Below the pieces are notes generated by a model. It was not told the DNA's origin, did not search any database, and saw only the letters and a program-made list of their open reading frames with translations. The position numbers and the translations under genes were made by a program. A DNA stretch of 64,000 nucleotides, from positions 23,766 through 87,765 of the forward strand of contig CALWRI010000001.1 in NCBI GenBank assembly GCA_944383905.1, read 5' to 3'. This DNA comes from an uncultured Christensenellaceae bacterium (GTDB lineage Bacteria; Bacillota; Clostridia; Christensenellales; UBA3700). Positions 40,042-49,669 of this stretch are shown here, one piece after another. Position 1 is the first letter of the stretch; every line of letters begins with the position of its first letter.

Positions 40042-42093
40042 ATGCAGGAAAAATACAAACCTCTGTTTACGCCGTGGAAAATACGCGACGTCGAGATCAA
40101 AAACCGCATAGTGCTCTGCCCTATGGGCGGCACGTCGCTGTTCGGTTGGATGGAACCGAATCATTTTGACAAAGTTGCGGCGGATTTCTTTATGGAAAGG
40201 GCGAAACACGACGTGGGGCTCATCATTCCCGGCATAGCTCCGCTCAAAGATACGATCGGCGGCAGATGGCTGTACAAGAATAAAAGGATGTTCCGTCAGC
40301 TCAAGGAGTATATGACCGAATTCCACAAGACCGGCGCAAAGATGTTCATCCAGCTTACCGCGGGCTTCGGCAGATCATTCGCGATAACGGACATGCTCGT
40401 GCCCATGCTTAAAAACAAGGTGCTCGGAGCGCTGGCAAAACCCTTTGTCGATATAAGCTATATCTGCGCTTCGCCGAGCGAGCTTCCCTCCCGCTGGGCG
40501 GAGGACGTGACCTGCCGCGCTCTTACCAAAAAGGAGATCGAGGATATGATCTTCGCGTTTGCAGAGACCGCGAGGCTGTGCAAAGAAGCGGGAGTCGACG
40601 GAGTTGAAGTGCACGCCGTGCACGAGGGGTATCTGCTCGATCAGTTCACTCTGCCGTACACGAACAAGCGCACGGACGAATACGGCGGCAGCTTTGAAAA
40701 CCGCTACCGTTTCCCCGTCGAAGTGGTAAAAGCGATAAAACAGGCTTGCGGAGAAAATTATCCCGTTTCTCTGCGCTACTCGGTTTTGAGCAAGACAAAA
40801 GATTTCTGCGTCGGCGCAATGCCCGGCGAAGTGTACGACGAGATTGGCAGAGATATGGCGGAAAGCGAACGCGCCGCCAAATATCTCCAGGACGCGGGCT
40901 ACGATATGCTCAATGCGGACAACGGCACCTACGACGCGTGGTATTGGGCGCACCCGCCTGCTTATATGCCGAAAAACTGCAACCTCGACGACGTCGCGCA
41001 TATCAAAAAATTCGTCGACATCCCCGTGGTATGCGCGGGAAGAATGGAACCGGATACCGCCGCGGAAGCGATATCCGAAGGCAGGATAGACGCAATGGGC
41101 GTCGCACGGCAATTCCTCGCGGACGGAGAATGGGTCACAAAACTCAAAGACGACCGTCTCGACGACATACGTCCTTGCATTTGCTGCCACAACGCCTGTT
41201 TCGCAATGGCGCATTACAAGGGCGTCGCAAACGACGAGACGTTCGACGACGCTTCTCACATGGCGAGATGCGCGCTCAATCCGCAGACGATGCAGGGGCA
41301 CAAATACGACATAATCCCCGCAAAGAAGCAAAAGACCGTCGCGGTTATCGGCGGAGGCATCGGCGGTATGGAGACCGCGAGAATCGCAACGCTCCGCGGA
41401 CATAAAGTAACGATATACGAAAAGAGCGACAAGCTCGGCGGCGTATTCGTCGCCGCAGCGGCTCCCGCCTTCAAGGAAAAGGACAAGGCTCTGATAAAGT
41501 GGTACACAAAACAGATCAACGATCTGAATATCCCCGTCAGATTCAACTGCGAGATAAAAGACGTCAACGCCCTCGAAGAAGACGAGGTCGTCGTCGCAAC
41601 TGGCGCGGTCGCACGCAAGATGAACATAAAAGGCATCGAACGCGCGATCGAAGCGGTCGAATATCTGAACGGCGCGCAAGTCGGCAACGACGTGGTCGTG
41701 ATAGGCGGCGGACTGACGGGTTGCGAGATCGCCTACGATCTGTTCCTCAAAGGCAAAAACCCGTCTATCGTCGAAATGAAGAACGACCTTATCGCCGTGC
41801 GCGGGGTTTGTCTTGCAAACTCCTCTTACCTGCGCGACTTCTTCAGATATGAGAAAGTCCCCGTGTACCTCGAAAGCAAGGTCGGGGAGATTTCCGCAAA
41901 CAGCGTGACCGTCATCGGCGCGGACGGCAAAAAGACGGAGATAAAAGCGGACGACGTGATCGTCTCGGTAGGTTATACTCCTGCGCCCGTCGCGGCGGAC
42001 GGCAAGCGCGTTTCCGTCGTCGGAGACGCGGACAAAGTCGGCAACCTACGCACCGTGATCTGGCGCGCGTGGGACGTGGCTTTGTCTCTTTGA
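40042..42093 (+). CDS. NADH:flavin oxidoreductase, OYE-like FMN domain fused to FAD/NAD(P)-binding domain (2,4-dienoyl-CoA reductase / enoate reductase family)
   Basis: N-terminal OYE TIM-barrel motifs (IKNRIVLCPMGG, HAVHEGYLLDQF). Cys cluster CxxCxxxC region (CICCHNAC). Rossmann fold GGGIGGME. Start at the ATG after AAGGAGGA. Confidence 0.85.
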   Translation: MQEKYKPLFTPWKIRDVEIKNRIVLCPMGGTSLFGWMEPNHFDKVAADFFMERAKHDVGLIIPGIAPLKDTIGGRWLYKNKRMFRQLKEYMTEFHKTGAKMFIQLTAGFGRSFAITDMLVPMLKNKVLGALAKPFVDISYICASPSELPSRWAEDVTCRALTKKEIEDMIFAFAETARLCKEAGVDGVEVHAVHEGYLLDQFTLPYTNKRTDEYGGSFENRYRFPVEVVKAIKQACGENYPVSLRYSVLSKTKDFCVGAMPGEVYDEIGRDMAESERAAKYLQDAGYDMLNADNGTYDAWYWAHPPAYMPKNCNLDDVAHIKKFVDIPVVCAGRMEPDTAAEAISEGRIDAMGVARQFLADGEWVTKLKDDRLDDIRPCICCHNACFAMAHYKGVANDETFDDASHMARCALNPQTMQGHKYDIIPAKKQKTVAVIGGGIGGMETARIATLRGHKVTIYEKSDKLGGVFVAAAAPAFKEKDKALIKWYTKQINDLNIPVRFNCEIKDVNALEEDEVVVATGAVARKMNIKGIERAIEAVEYLNGAQVGNDVVVIGGGLTGCEIAYDLFLKGKNPSIVEMKNDLIAVRGVCLANSSYLRDFFRYEKVPVYLESKVGEISANSVTVIGADGKKTEIKADDVIVSVGYTPAPVAADGKRVSVVGDADKVGNLRTVIWRAWDVALSL

Positions 42094-42148
42094 CAAACAC
42101 GGGCACAAAAATATTTGATTTTCTTTTGCTCCGTGACAATACAAAAAA

Positions 42149-42173
42149 CGAACGGATCTACCGTTCGTTTTTT
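42149..42173 (+). terminator. Intrinsic terminator after the oxidoreductase
   Basis: CGAACGG-aucua-CCGUUCG followed by UUUUUU. Confidence 0.85.
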
Positions 42174-42195
42174 ATTGCTCTTGCTCAAAAAAAGC

Positions 42196-42217
42196 ATAAA
42201 AAAGAGCCTTTCGGCTC
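42196..42217 (-). terminator. Intrinsic terminator after acpP
   Basis: Minus strand: GAGCC-gaaa-GGCUC followed by UUUUUUAU. Confidence 0.7.
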
Positions 42218-42223
42218 CTTGCT

Positions 42224-42451
42224 TTACTGTTTGCTTTCGATGTACTTCACGACGTCTCCGACCGTCTTGAAAGTAAGCACGACGTCTTCTTCTATCTCAA
42301 TGCCGAATTCCTCTTCCGCCGCCATCACGAGTTCTACCGTATCGAGCGAATCAGCCTTGAGATCTTCCTGCAATCTGGTTTCCGCATTTATACCGTCCGC
42401 AGACACGCCCATCTGTTTGGCAATGATTTCCTTTACTTTTTCGAGTACCAT
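42224..42451 (-). CDS. acpP: Acyl carrier protein
   Basis: 75 aa with the DLKADSLDTVELVMAAEEEFGIEI motif (phosphopantetheine Ser in DSLD). RBS GGAGGT. Confidence 0.93.
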   Translation of the reverse strand: MVLEKVKEIIAKQMGVSADGINAETRLQEDLKADSLDTVELVMAAEEEFGIEIEEDVVLTFKTVGDVVKYIESKQ

Positions 42452-42621
42452 AAAATTTTTACCTCCGTTTTTACGGCGACGCGATACGCCCGCCGTCTTG
42501 TTTAGTATACCTCTTTTCGGCATAATTTGCAACAACTTTGAATGCGGCGTGTCCACCCCCGGTCAAATTGCCGCAAAGTTGTCTCGAAATGCGTGTTTTT
42601 CTCCGCTTTGATTACTATTCT

Positions 42622-43050
42622 CTAAACGCACGAGACGAAGACGCTCGCGTCGCCTCCCGCCACGGCGATCGTGTAACCTTTCAGGAATGTATGAAATGTT
42701 ACGCCGTCGGAAAAATCTCCGCCTTCTCTGACTTCGGAAAGTCTGATTCCGTCGCCGCGCAACTTGCATTTCGCCTCGTATGCCGTCCAGTTTATGATGT
42801 CTTTCATAGGCGCGGGCACTTCTCTGTCCGACCTTTCAACGTCTATTCCCACGGGAGAGGAAGCCAGTGCAAGCACGGCAACGTCGTCCGTATGCGCGAC
42901 GGAAACGCGGTAATTCTCGCAATAGGGCGCCCCGCTCTCCTTCTTTTTCAGTTCTCCGATCAACGGTTTTCCCGTTGCAGACAGCACTTTGTCCGCGCGC
43001 TTCGCAAGCTCCAGAGTTCCCGATCCGTCAAACGAAAGAAAAATCAGCAT
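42622..43050 (-). CDS. 4'-phosphopantetheinyl transferase, short Sfp-like form (142 aa)
   Basis: Ordered motifs GKP (27-29), VAHT (51-54), GIDVE (68-72) and WTAYEAKCKLRGDG (88-101). Only the last 142 codons of the 330-codon ORF look like protein. The start overlaps the malQ stop by 7 nt. Confidence 0.7.
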   Translation of the reverse strand: MLIFLSFDGSGTLELAKRADKVLSATGKPLIGELKKKESGAPYCENYRVSVAHTDDVAVLALASSPVGIDVERSDREVPAPMKDIINWTAYEAKCKLRGDGIRLSEVREGGDFSDGVTFHTFLKGYTIAVAGGDASVFVSCV

Positions 43051-44552
43051 AATTCGTTGTTCCTGCCGTAAAGACAGTTGATATAGTGGAAATATCCCTT
43101 GTCTACCCTGTTCATCGCGTCGCGCGTCGCCCTGAACATCCAGTTTCCGTCCGCAACGCCGGGAGTGTTCATACGGCAGTCTCCGCCGTAACCGCACAGA
43201 TCCTGGAAGGGTACCACGGCAAGCCTGCAACAGCTCGAAATAAGCCTTCTGATAAATATCTTCGTTGCCTTGCAATCGTAGCCTCCGCCGCCGAAATCCT
43301 TGCGGTCGCATTCGATATAACGCAGCATATAGTCGAGGATGTTTTCCTTGAGTCCGTACATCCAGCCGAGAGTCGTGTTGTTGTCGTGCGTCGCGGTATA
43401 GCCGACGCAGTTGCGACTGAAATTGTGCGGAAGATGTATGCTGTCCCCGTCCTCGAAGCCGAATTGCATGACGCGCATACACGGCAGTCCGAGTTTTACA
43501 AGCAGATCGTTGACCTTTTCGTCTATTATGCCGAGGTCCTCCGCGATAAAGCCGTCCTTGTCGTGTTTTTTGAACACCTTTTTGAACAGTTCCTCGCCCA
43601 CGCCTTCGCACCACTCGCCGTTTTTTGCGGTCTTTTCACCATAATCTACCGCCCAATATTCGGAGAAAGCTCTGAAATGGTCGATGCGAAGTACGTCGTA
43701 AAGTTCCGCCATGCGGTCAAAGCGCTTCATCCACCACGAAAAACCGTCCTTCCTCATGTGGTCGTAATCGTAAAGGGGATTGCCCCAGAGCTGCCCCTCT
43801 TCGCTGAAATAATCGGGCGGGACCCCCGCGACCTTTTTCGGCATCATGTTTTCGTCGAGAAGAAAAGCCGACGGCTCTCCCCAGACGTCCGCGCTGTCCA
43901 TACTGACGTACATAGGCATATCGCCGATAAACCTCATGCCTTTGTCATTGACGCGCTTTTTAGCGTCCTTCCATTGCTCGTCGAAAAGATATTGCTCGAA
44001 GACGAAATAGTAGTAGGCGTCCGCGTTTTCCGCGACGTAAGCGCGTTTCGCGCCCTCGCTCATCTTCTTGTGGCAATCCTGCCAATTCCACCACGGAGCG
44101 CCGTTGTAGCTCCGTTTGAGGGTCATAAACAGCGCGTATTCCCTGACCCACGGAGCGCTCTTTTCGTATTGTGCGAGTTTGTCAGCGATCCTGCCCTTCG
44201 CGTTGTCGTAAGCCTTTTGGAGCATTGCGCGCTTCACCAAGATACACTTGCCGTAATCGACCGCGTAAGGATTGCTCTCCTCGCAGGCGCGCCTGTCCTC
44301 CTCCGTTATATACCCCTGTCTCGCGAGCGTTTCGGGATCTATATACAGATAGTTGCCCGCAAACGCGCTGACTCCCGAATAAGGCGAGTTGCCCAGCCCG
44401 ATCGTCGTCACGGGGAGGATCTGCCAATAATGGAATCCGCACGACAGCGCGAATTCGCAAAAATCGTCAATCTCTCTGCCCAGACCGCCTATGCCGTATG
44501 CGGAAGGCAAAGAGGAAACGTTGAGTAAAATACCGCTTGATCTTTTTAACAT
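43044..44552 (-). CDS. malQ: 4-alpha-glucanotransferase (amylomaltase, GH77)
   Basis: N-terminus RSSGILLNVSSLPSAYGIGGLG. GH77 motifs (LRIDHFRAF, IAEDLG, YTATHDN). Confidence 0.92.
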   Translation of the reverse strand: MLKRSSGILLNVSSLPSAYGIGGLGREIDDFCEFALSCGFHYWQILPVTTIGLGNSPYSGVSAFAGNYLYIDPETLARQGYITEEDRRACEESNPYAVDYGKCILVKRAMLQKAYDNAKGRIADKLAQYEKSAPWVREYALFMTLKRSYNGAPWWNWQDCHKKMSEGAKRAYVAENADAYYYFVFEQYLFDEQWKDAKKRVNDKGMRFIGDMPMYVSMDSADVWGEPSAFLLDENMMPKKVAGVPPDYFSEEGQLWGNPLYDYDHMRKDGFSWWMKRFDRMAELYDVLRIDHFRAFSEYWAVDYGEKTAKNGEWCEGVGEELFKKVFKKHDKDGFIAEDLGIIDEKVNDLLVKLGLPCMRVMQFGFEDGDSIHLPHNFSRNCVGYTATHDNNTTLGWMYGLKENILDYMLRYIECDRKDFGGGGYDCKATKIFIRRLISSCCRLAVVPFQDLCGYGGDCRMNTPGVADGNWMFRATRDAMNRVDKGYFHYINCLYGRNNELC

Positions 44553-44645
44553 TCCTTGATTTTCCTTTGAGAATTTGCCGATATGTATCGACTTTTGCAA
44601 CTGTTTTAATTATATCACACGAAAAAACGCCTATCAATACCGAAA

Positions 44646-44681
44646 TAAAAAAAATTACCCTTTATTTTGCGATAAAGGGTA
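44646..44681 (-). terminator. Intrinsic terminator after the alpha/beta hydrolase gene
   Basis: Minus strand: UACCCUUUAU-cgcaaa-AUAAAGGGUA followed by UUUUUUUU. Confidence 0.85.
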
Positions 44682-44695
44682 GATTTTTCTCTATG

Positions 44696-45805
44696 TCAGG
44701 CGTTAGCCCTCTTTTGCAGACAACGCTCGAAGAAGTCGTTGACCTGATCCATAAACTCGTCGTCAATGGCGAAAACGGTTTCCTTCGTGCTGTATTCGTA
44801 CCTTATGTCCACGTTGTATTGGAAGGTATTGTACTTCGGCGTCTTGACGATTTCAGAAGTCTTTCCGACAAGGTCCGCATTGACCTGCTTTTCAGCTTCC
44901 CTCGGACGGCTCATGGTATGCCCCCTGTCCTCGAAGAGCAAGAATTCCGCCTGCGGATTGGTTATCTCGTCCCTGTGCACCATTATGGAACAGGAATACG
45001 GCACCGTCATGTCGTCCTTGCTGTGAGATATGAGCACGGGTCCTTTGTACTTGTTTATGCCCGAAACTCCCGTGCCTCCCGCGTCTTTGCCAAACTTCAC
45101 CCTTTCGACGAGCGCGTTCCACGGTTTGAGAAGTTTCGCGAGTTTGCCGACGTACCTCTGCGCATGAAAATACATCGTATCCCATGTGTTGTTGAAGCCG
45201 CTCAAAGTCGCTACGCCCGCAAGCTCGTCGTGTCCGTAATTGAGCACGTTTGCGCTCGCGTAACCCGACCAGCTGTGTCCGTATACGAGCACGGGCATAT
45301 CCTTGAAACGCGACTGCGACTTGATGAATTCGAGCGCGTTGTGAAGGTCTATTTTGGACTGATTAAGTCCGTAAATGCTCTTTCCTTCGCTCGTACAGGT
45401 CCCCGTCATATCAAACGTGAACACGTCGTATCCCTTGCGCACGAAATACTGCGTGCGGTTGAGGTATCCGTCCATATTGCAGCCTATGCCGTGGCAAACG
45501 AGCACGAGGGCCTTGCCTTTTTTGCCATCCTTCGAGGTGTACAGATATGCGCCCAGCTTGTTCTTGCCCGAGTAAAAATCCATCTTCTGACGGTTCATTA
45601 CGTCCTTGTAATCGTCATAAGTCACGGTATTGCACATCGGGGTAACGCGCGTGCCGAACACCGCCTCGTAGATCACGCGGGCGGCTATGTACGGGATTAT
45701 CATCGTCCAGCCCAGCAGGACGAACACCGTGAAAAACGCGACCTTCATCAAAACGGTCGTCGCGCCCTTCTTTCTTCTTTTTTTAGCAAGAGTCTTTTCG
45801 TCCAC
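44696..45805 (-). CDS. Alpha/beta hydrolase with N-terminal membrane anchor
   Basis: GHSWSG nucleophile elbow. N-terminal TM (VAFFTVFVLLGWTMIIPYIAA). Start assigned to the GTG at 45805, 4 nt after GGAGGTG. Confidence 0.75.
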   Translation of the reverse strand: MDEKTLAKKRRKKGATTVLMKVAFFTVFVLLGWTMIIPYIAARVIYEAVFGTRVTPMCNTVTYDDYKDVMNRQKMDFYSGKNKLGAYLYTSKDGKKGKALVLVCHGIGCNMDGYLNRTQYFVRKGYDVFTFDMTGTCTSEGKSIYGLNQSKIDLHNALEFIKSQSRFKDMPVLVYGHSWSGYASANVLNYGHDELAGVATLSGFNNTWDTMYFHAQRYVGKLAKLLKPWNALVERVKFGKDAGGTGVSGINKYKGPVLISHSKDDMTVPYSCSIMVHRDEITNPQAEFLLFEDRGHTMSRPREAEKQVNADLVGKTSEIVKTPKYNTFQYNVDIRYEYSTKETVFAIDDEFMDQVNDFFERCLQKRANA

Positions 45806-45823
45806 TTTGCACCTCCGATATAA

Positions 45824-45852
45824 ATTATACCACGTTTGTCTAACTGTTGCAA
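45824..45852 (-). promoter_or_regulatory. Sigma-A promoter of the hydrolase gene
   Basis: Minus strand: TTGCAA (45852..45847), 17-nt spacer, TATAAT (45829..45824). Confidence 0.65.
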
Positions 45853-46054
45853 TACGCTTTGGTAATATCTGCCTATATATGATTACGACAAAAAGAGGTT
45901 TTTCGTGCTTTTTGCCCATATCGGAATCAAATGCGCCGCTTGCGCTCTTATGCGTCGACTCTTTCGTTTCCTTGCGCCGAAAAGACTCCGTTTTCACTTT
46001 CGGGCAAGATCTCCGGATTTTCCGGCACGAAACTTTCCTCTAAAGTTGAGAGTA

Positions 46055-46089
46055 CAAAAAAATACGCCTTACGCAAATGCGTAAAGCGT
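46055..46089 (-). terminator. Intrinsic terminator ending the ribosomal alpha operon (after rplQ)
   Basis: Minus strand: ACGCUUUACGC-auuu-GCGUAAGGCGU followed by AUUUUUUU. Confidence 0.85.
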
Positions 46090-46109
46090 TATTTTTGTTT
46101 CAGAAGAAA

Positions 46110-46646
46110 TTACTTCTTTTCGGACTTGTTCGCCGGGGTCTCTTTTACGAGTTCGACGACCGCCGTTTCCGCGCCGTCACCGCGTCTCTGTCCGAGTTTG
46201 ATCACTCTGGTGTAGCCGCCCTTCTGTCCGCAATCGTTTGCGCGCTTTGCGTAGAAAGGAGCGTACTCTCTGAACAGCTTTTCGACGAGAGGATGTTTGA
46301 CAGCCTTGAGGCGCTTGTTGTAATCGCCCTTGCTCTCCTTCTCCTCCTGGATCGGCTTCATATCTCTCAATTTAGCCATCATCGTGCGTCTTGCAGCGAG
46401 CTTTCTGACGCCGTCGACGGTCGTGTCGACAGAAACGGTCTCGCCTTTAGCGTTGACTTTATCCTTTTTGACTACCACTACATCTTCATAAGTATTGATA
46501 GCCAGCGTGATCATCTTTTCAGCGTATTTCTGAACTTCTTTAGCTCTGCCGACGGTCGTTTCGAGACGTCCGTACCAAAGCAATTCCGAAGCCTGACTGC
46601 GAATCATAGCCATTCTTTGTTCGCTGGTTCTTCCCAATTTTCTCAT
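46110..46646 (-). CDS. rplQ: 50S ribosomal protein L17 (long form, 178 aa)
   Basis: MRKLGRTSEQRMAMIRSQ N-terminus and GGYTRVIKLGQRRGDGAE C-terminal core, with an internal insertion of about 50 aa. Confidence 0.93.
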   Translation of the reverse strand: MRKLGRTSEQRMAMIRSQASELLWYGRLETTVGRAKEVQKYAEKMITLAINTYEDVVVVKKDKVNAKGETVSVDTTVDGVRKLAARRTMMAKLRDMKPIQEEKESKGDYNKRLKAVKHPLVEKLFREYAPFYAKRANDCGQKGGYTRVIKLGQRRGDGAETAVVELVKETPANKSEKK

Positions 46647-46660
46647 TGCTTTATATCTCC

Positions 46661-47614
46661 TTATTCGTCCTTACTGCGCAGGTCAAAGCCCAGTTCTCTG
46701 ATCTTCTTGATAACTTCGTCAAGAGACTTCTTGCCGAGGTTTCTGACCTTGAGCATTTCCTCTTCGGTCTTCTTGGTAAGATCCTGAACGGTGTGTATGC
46801 CCGCTCTCTTCAAGCAATTGTAGGAACGTACGGACAAGTCCAAATCCTCGATGCTTGTTTCAAGTTTCTTGTGAGTTTTCTCGTCGTCCTGCGAGATGAG
46901 GATCTCTCTGCCCTTCATTGTGTCGACGAGGTTTACGAACAGGTTGACGTGATCTTCCATTATCTTCGCGGAAAGGCTTATCACTTCTCTCGGAGAGAAG
47001 GTGCCGTTGGTCGCAACGTTGATGGTCAACTTGTCGTAGTTGATGTTTTGTCCCAGACGAGTGCTCTCGACTGCGTAACTCGCGCTCTCCACGGGGGTGA
47101 AGATGGAGTCGACGGGGATATATCCGAGGGGCTGGGTCTCGTCCTTATTTTCGTTTGCGGAAACGTAACCTCTGCCTACGCCGATCGTGATCTCCATTCT
47201 CAAAGACGCGCCTTCGTCGAGCGAGCAGATATACATATCGGGATTGAGGATCTCGATCTCCGAGCCGTGCTGTATATCGCCTGCGGTCACAACGCCTGCG
47301 GTGGTCTTTTCGATGGTAACGACCTGTCTGAAATCCTTGTCTTCGGTATGAGCCTTGACAGCGAGTCCCTTGATGTTGAGGATGATCTCGGTGACGTCCT
47401 CTTTAACTCCGGGAATAGAGCTGAATTCGTGCCTTACGCCCTCGATCTTGATACCGACGGGAGCCGCGCCCGGAAGCGCGCTGAGAAGGATCCTTCTCAG
47501 GCAGTTGCCCAGAGTGGTACCGAATCCGCGTTCGAGCGGCTCGACGATAAACTGCATTTCTCTGCCTTCGTTTGTCTCTACGCACTCGATTCTCGGTTTC
47601 TGAATTTCTATCAT
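46661..47614 (-). CDS. rpoA: DNA-directed RNA polymerase subunit alpha
   Basis: Conserved rpoA sequence (GTTLGNCLRRILLS, C-terminal LSVRSYNCLKRAGI). Confidence 0.97.
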   Translation of the reverse strand: MIEIQKPRIECVETNEGREMQFIVEPLERGFGTTLGNCLRRILLSALPGAAPVGIKIEGVRHEFSSIPGVKEDVTEIILNIKGLAVKAHTEDKDFRQVVTIEKTTAGVVTAGDIQHGSEIEILNPDMYICSLDEGASLRMEITIGVGRGYVSANENKDETQPLGYIPVDSIFTPVESASYAVESTRLGQNINYDKLTINVATNGTFSPREVISLSAKIMEDHVNLFVNLVDTMKGREILISQDDEKTHKKLETSIEDLDLSVRSYNCLKRAGIHTVQDLTKKTEEEMLKVRNLGKKSLDEVIKKIRELGFDLRSKDE

Positions 47615-47640
47615 ATATACCTCCTGCTATGCGCCGTCGA

Positions 47641-48264
47641 TTATTTGGAATACAACTCGACGATAAGATGCTCTTCGATTTTCTGCTCCACGTCGCTTCT
47701 CTCGGGCAGCTCGACAACCTTGCCGGTCAGGGTCGCGTTGTCAAACTCGAGCCACTTGGGAAGGCCGATGGAATTTGCCGCTTTGAGCTCTTCGAAAATC
47801 TTTTTGTCTTTCTTGTTTTCCTTGACTGCGATGACGTCGCCCTTCTTTACGAGATAGGAAGGAATGTTGACGTTTTCGCCGTTGACGGTGATGAGACCGT
47901 GGTTGACAATCTGTCTCGCCTGAGCTCTGCTGGAAGCGAGGCTGAGGCGGAATACTACGTTGTCGAGTCTTCTTTCGAGAAGGATGAGCATATTGTCACC
48001 GGTGATGCCTCTCATGGTCTCCGCCTTGTCGAAGTAACCCTTGAACTGCTTTTCGCAAAGTCCGTAAATTCTCTTGGTCTTCTGCTTCTCGCGGAGCTGG
48101 ATGGAATAGCCGGAAGCCTTCTTTCTCGAGGTGCCGTGCTGACCGGGAGCGGTGGGACGCTTTGCGAGCGGGCACTTCTCCGAAACGCACTTTGCGCCCT
48201 TGAGGAACAATTTTACACCCTCGCGTCTGCACTGACGACAATCGGGTCCTGTATATTTAGCCAT
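47641..48264 (-). CDS. rpsD: 30S ribosomal protein S4 (Cys-containing form)
   Basis: [17 protein letters not shown]-terminus. S4 domain. Confidence 0.97.
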   Translation of the reverse strand: MAKYTGPDCRQCRREGVKLFLKGAKCVSEKCPLAKRPTAPGQHGTSRKKASGYSIQLREKQKTKRIYGLCEKQFKGYFDKAETMRGITGDNMLILLERRLDNVVFRLSLASSRAQARQIVNHGLITVNGENVNIPSYLVKKGDVIAVKENKKDKKIFEELKAANSIGLPKWLEFDNATLTGKVVELPERSDVEQKIEEHLIVELYSK

Positions 48265-48281
48265 GTTGTTCTACCTCCTGA

Positions 48282-48680
48282 TTACAGCCTTCTGCGCTTG
48301 GGCGGACGGCATCCGTTGTGAGGAATGGGAGAAACGTCTTTTATCATCGTAACTTCCAGACCTGCTACCTGGAGCGCTCTGATCGCGGATTCGCGGCCCG
48401 TGCCCGGGCCCTTGACGTAGACTTCTACGCTGCGGAGACCGCTATCGTAAGCGACTTTTGCGGCATCCTCGCTGACCATCTGCGCTGCGAAAGCGGTGGA
48501 CTTCTTGGAGCCTCTCAGATTGAGTTTACCACTACTGGACCAGGAAATCGCGTTTCCCTGAAGGTCCGTGATAGTAACGATCGTGTTGTTGAAGGAAGCG
48601 TGAATATGTGCTGCGCCCTTTTCTACACGACGCTTGTTGACGGCACGCTTTTTAGTAGCGGCCTTTTTAGCAACTGCCAT
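48282..48680 (-). CDS. rpsK: 30S ribosomal protein S11
   Basis: Conserved S11 sequence ([27 protein letters not shown]). Confidence 0.97.
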   Translation of the reverse strand: MAVAKKAATKKRAVNKRRVEKGAAHIHASFNNTIVTITDLQGNAISWSSSGKLNLRGSKKSTAFAAQMVSEDAAKVAYDSGLRSVEVYVKGPGTGRESAIRALQVAGLEVTMIKDVSPIPHNGCRPPKRRRL

Positions 48681-48694
48681 TTTTCTTTACCTCC

Positions 48695-49066
48695 TTACTT
48701 CTTCTTGCTGCGGCTGACCGTCTTCTTCGGTCCTTTGCGGGTACGAGCGTTCTGCTTGGTGTTCTGACCTCTGACGGGCAGACCCTTGCGGTGACGTATA
48801 CCTCTGTAACAACCGATTTCAGTAAGTCTTTTGATGTTGAGCTTGACTTCACGCTTCAACTCGCCCTCAACGGTAAGGTTGTGGTCGATGTATTCACGTA
48901 TTTTGCTGATTTCGTCTTCGGTCAGATCCTTGACTCTGGTGTCGGGATTGATACCCGTAGCTTTGAGAACCAGGTTGGATGTAACTCTGCCTATACCGTA
49001 GATATAGGTGAGACCGATTTCCACTCTTTTTTCGCGCGGTAAGTCCACGCCGGCAATACGAGCCAT
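48695..49066 (-). CDS. rpsM: 30S ribosomal protein S13
   Basis: [26 protein letters not shown]. Start at the ATG at 49066 after GGAGGT. Confidence 0.97.
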   Translation of the reverse strand: MARIAGVDLPREKRVEIGLTYIYGIGRVTSNLVLKATGINPDTRVKDLTEDEISKIREYIDHNLTVEGELKREVKLNIKRLTEIGCYRGIRHRKGLPVRGQNTKQNARTRKGPKKTVSRSKKK

Positions 49067-49189
49067 TAAACTACCTCCAAAGTGTTTGTTGTATATTAGA
49101 CGATTTGAGGAAGACAAGTCCTATTGAAAGTGTGACGAAGACTTGTCCAGCCGCTCCCCTCACGAATAATCACATAATTTTGCTATGGT

Positions 49190-49219
49190 ATTATAGCACA
49201 CCAAATATTGAAATAGCAA
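49190..49219 (-). promoter_or_regulatory. Internal sigma-A promoter of the alpha operon (upstream of rpsM)
   Basis: Minus strand: TTGCTA (49219..49214), 18-nt spacer, TATAAT (49195..49190), inside the unusually long rpmJ-rpsM spacer. Confidence 0.6.
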
Positions 49220-49309
49220 ATAAAATTTACTACTTTTTAAGACAAAGACGCGCGCAGAAAGAAATTTTTTCTCTCCACGCAACCTCTTTTTCTCTTTTAT
49301 TCAGAGTGA

Positions 49310-49426
49310 TTAGCCCTGTCTTTGCTTGTGCTTCTTGTATTTGGAGCAGATGATCATGACTTTGCCGTCTCTTTTGATCACTCTGCATTTGTCGCACATG
49401 GGTTTAACAGAAGGTCTGACTTTCAT
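49310..49426 (-). CDS. rpmJ: 50S ribosomal protein L36 (38 aa, missing from the ORF track)
   Basis: Hand translation gives [47 protein letters not shown]. Confidence 0.95.
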   Translation of the reverse strand: MKVRPSVKPMCDKCRVIKRDGKVMIICSKYKKHKQRQG

Positions 49427-49445
49427 TTTTTTATCCTCCGATCTC

Positions 49446-49667
49446 TTAATTCTTATTGCGCCATACGATGCGACCTTTCGTCAGGTCGTACGGACTTAAT
49501 TCGACTTTCACGGTATCTCCCTCGAGAATCTTGATATAATTCTTGCGGAGCTTGCCCGACAGGTATGCGACAATCTCGTGATTGTTCGTCAACCTGACTC
49601 TGAAATTCGTATTGGGCAGTACTTCGATTACTACGCCTTCGGCTTCGATGCAATCTTCTTTCGACAT
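49446..49667 (-). CDS. infA: Translation initiation factor IF-1
   Basis: [26 protein letters not shown]... S1-like fold sequence. Confidence 0.97.
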   Translation of the reverse strand: MSKEDCIEAEGVVIEVLPNTNFRVRLTNNHEIVAYLSGKLRKNYIKILEGDTVKVELSPYDLTKGRIVWRNKN

Positions 49668-49669
49668 TG

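Noticed and set aside
43051-43614. Upstream 188 codons of the 330-aa ORF 42622..43614
   Set aside because: This part overlaps malQ in another frame and translates to an Arg/Gln-rich string. Protein-like sequence with PPTase motifs begins only at the ATG at 43050.
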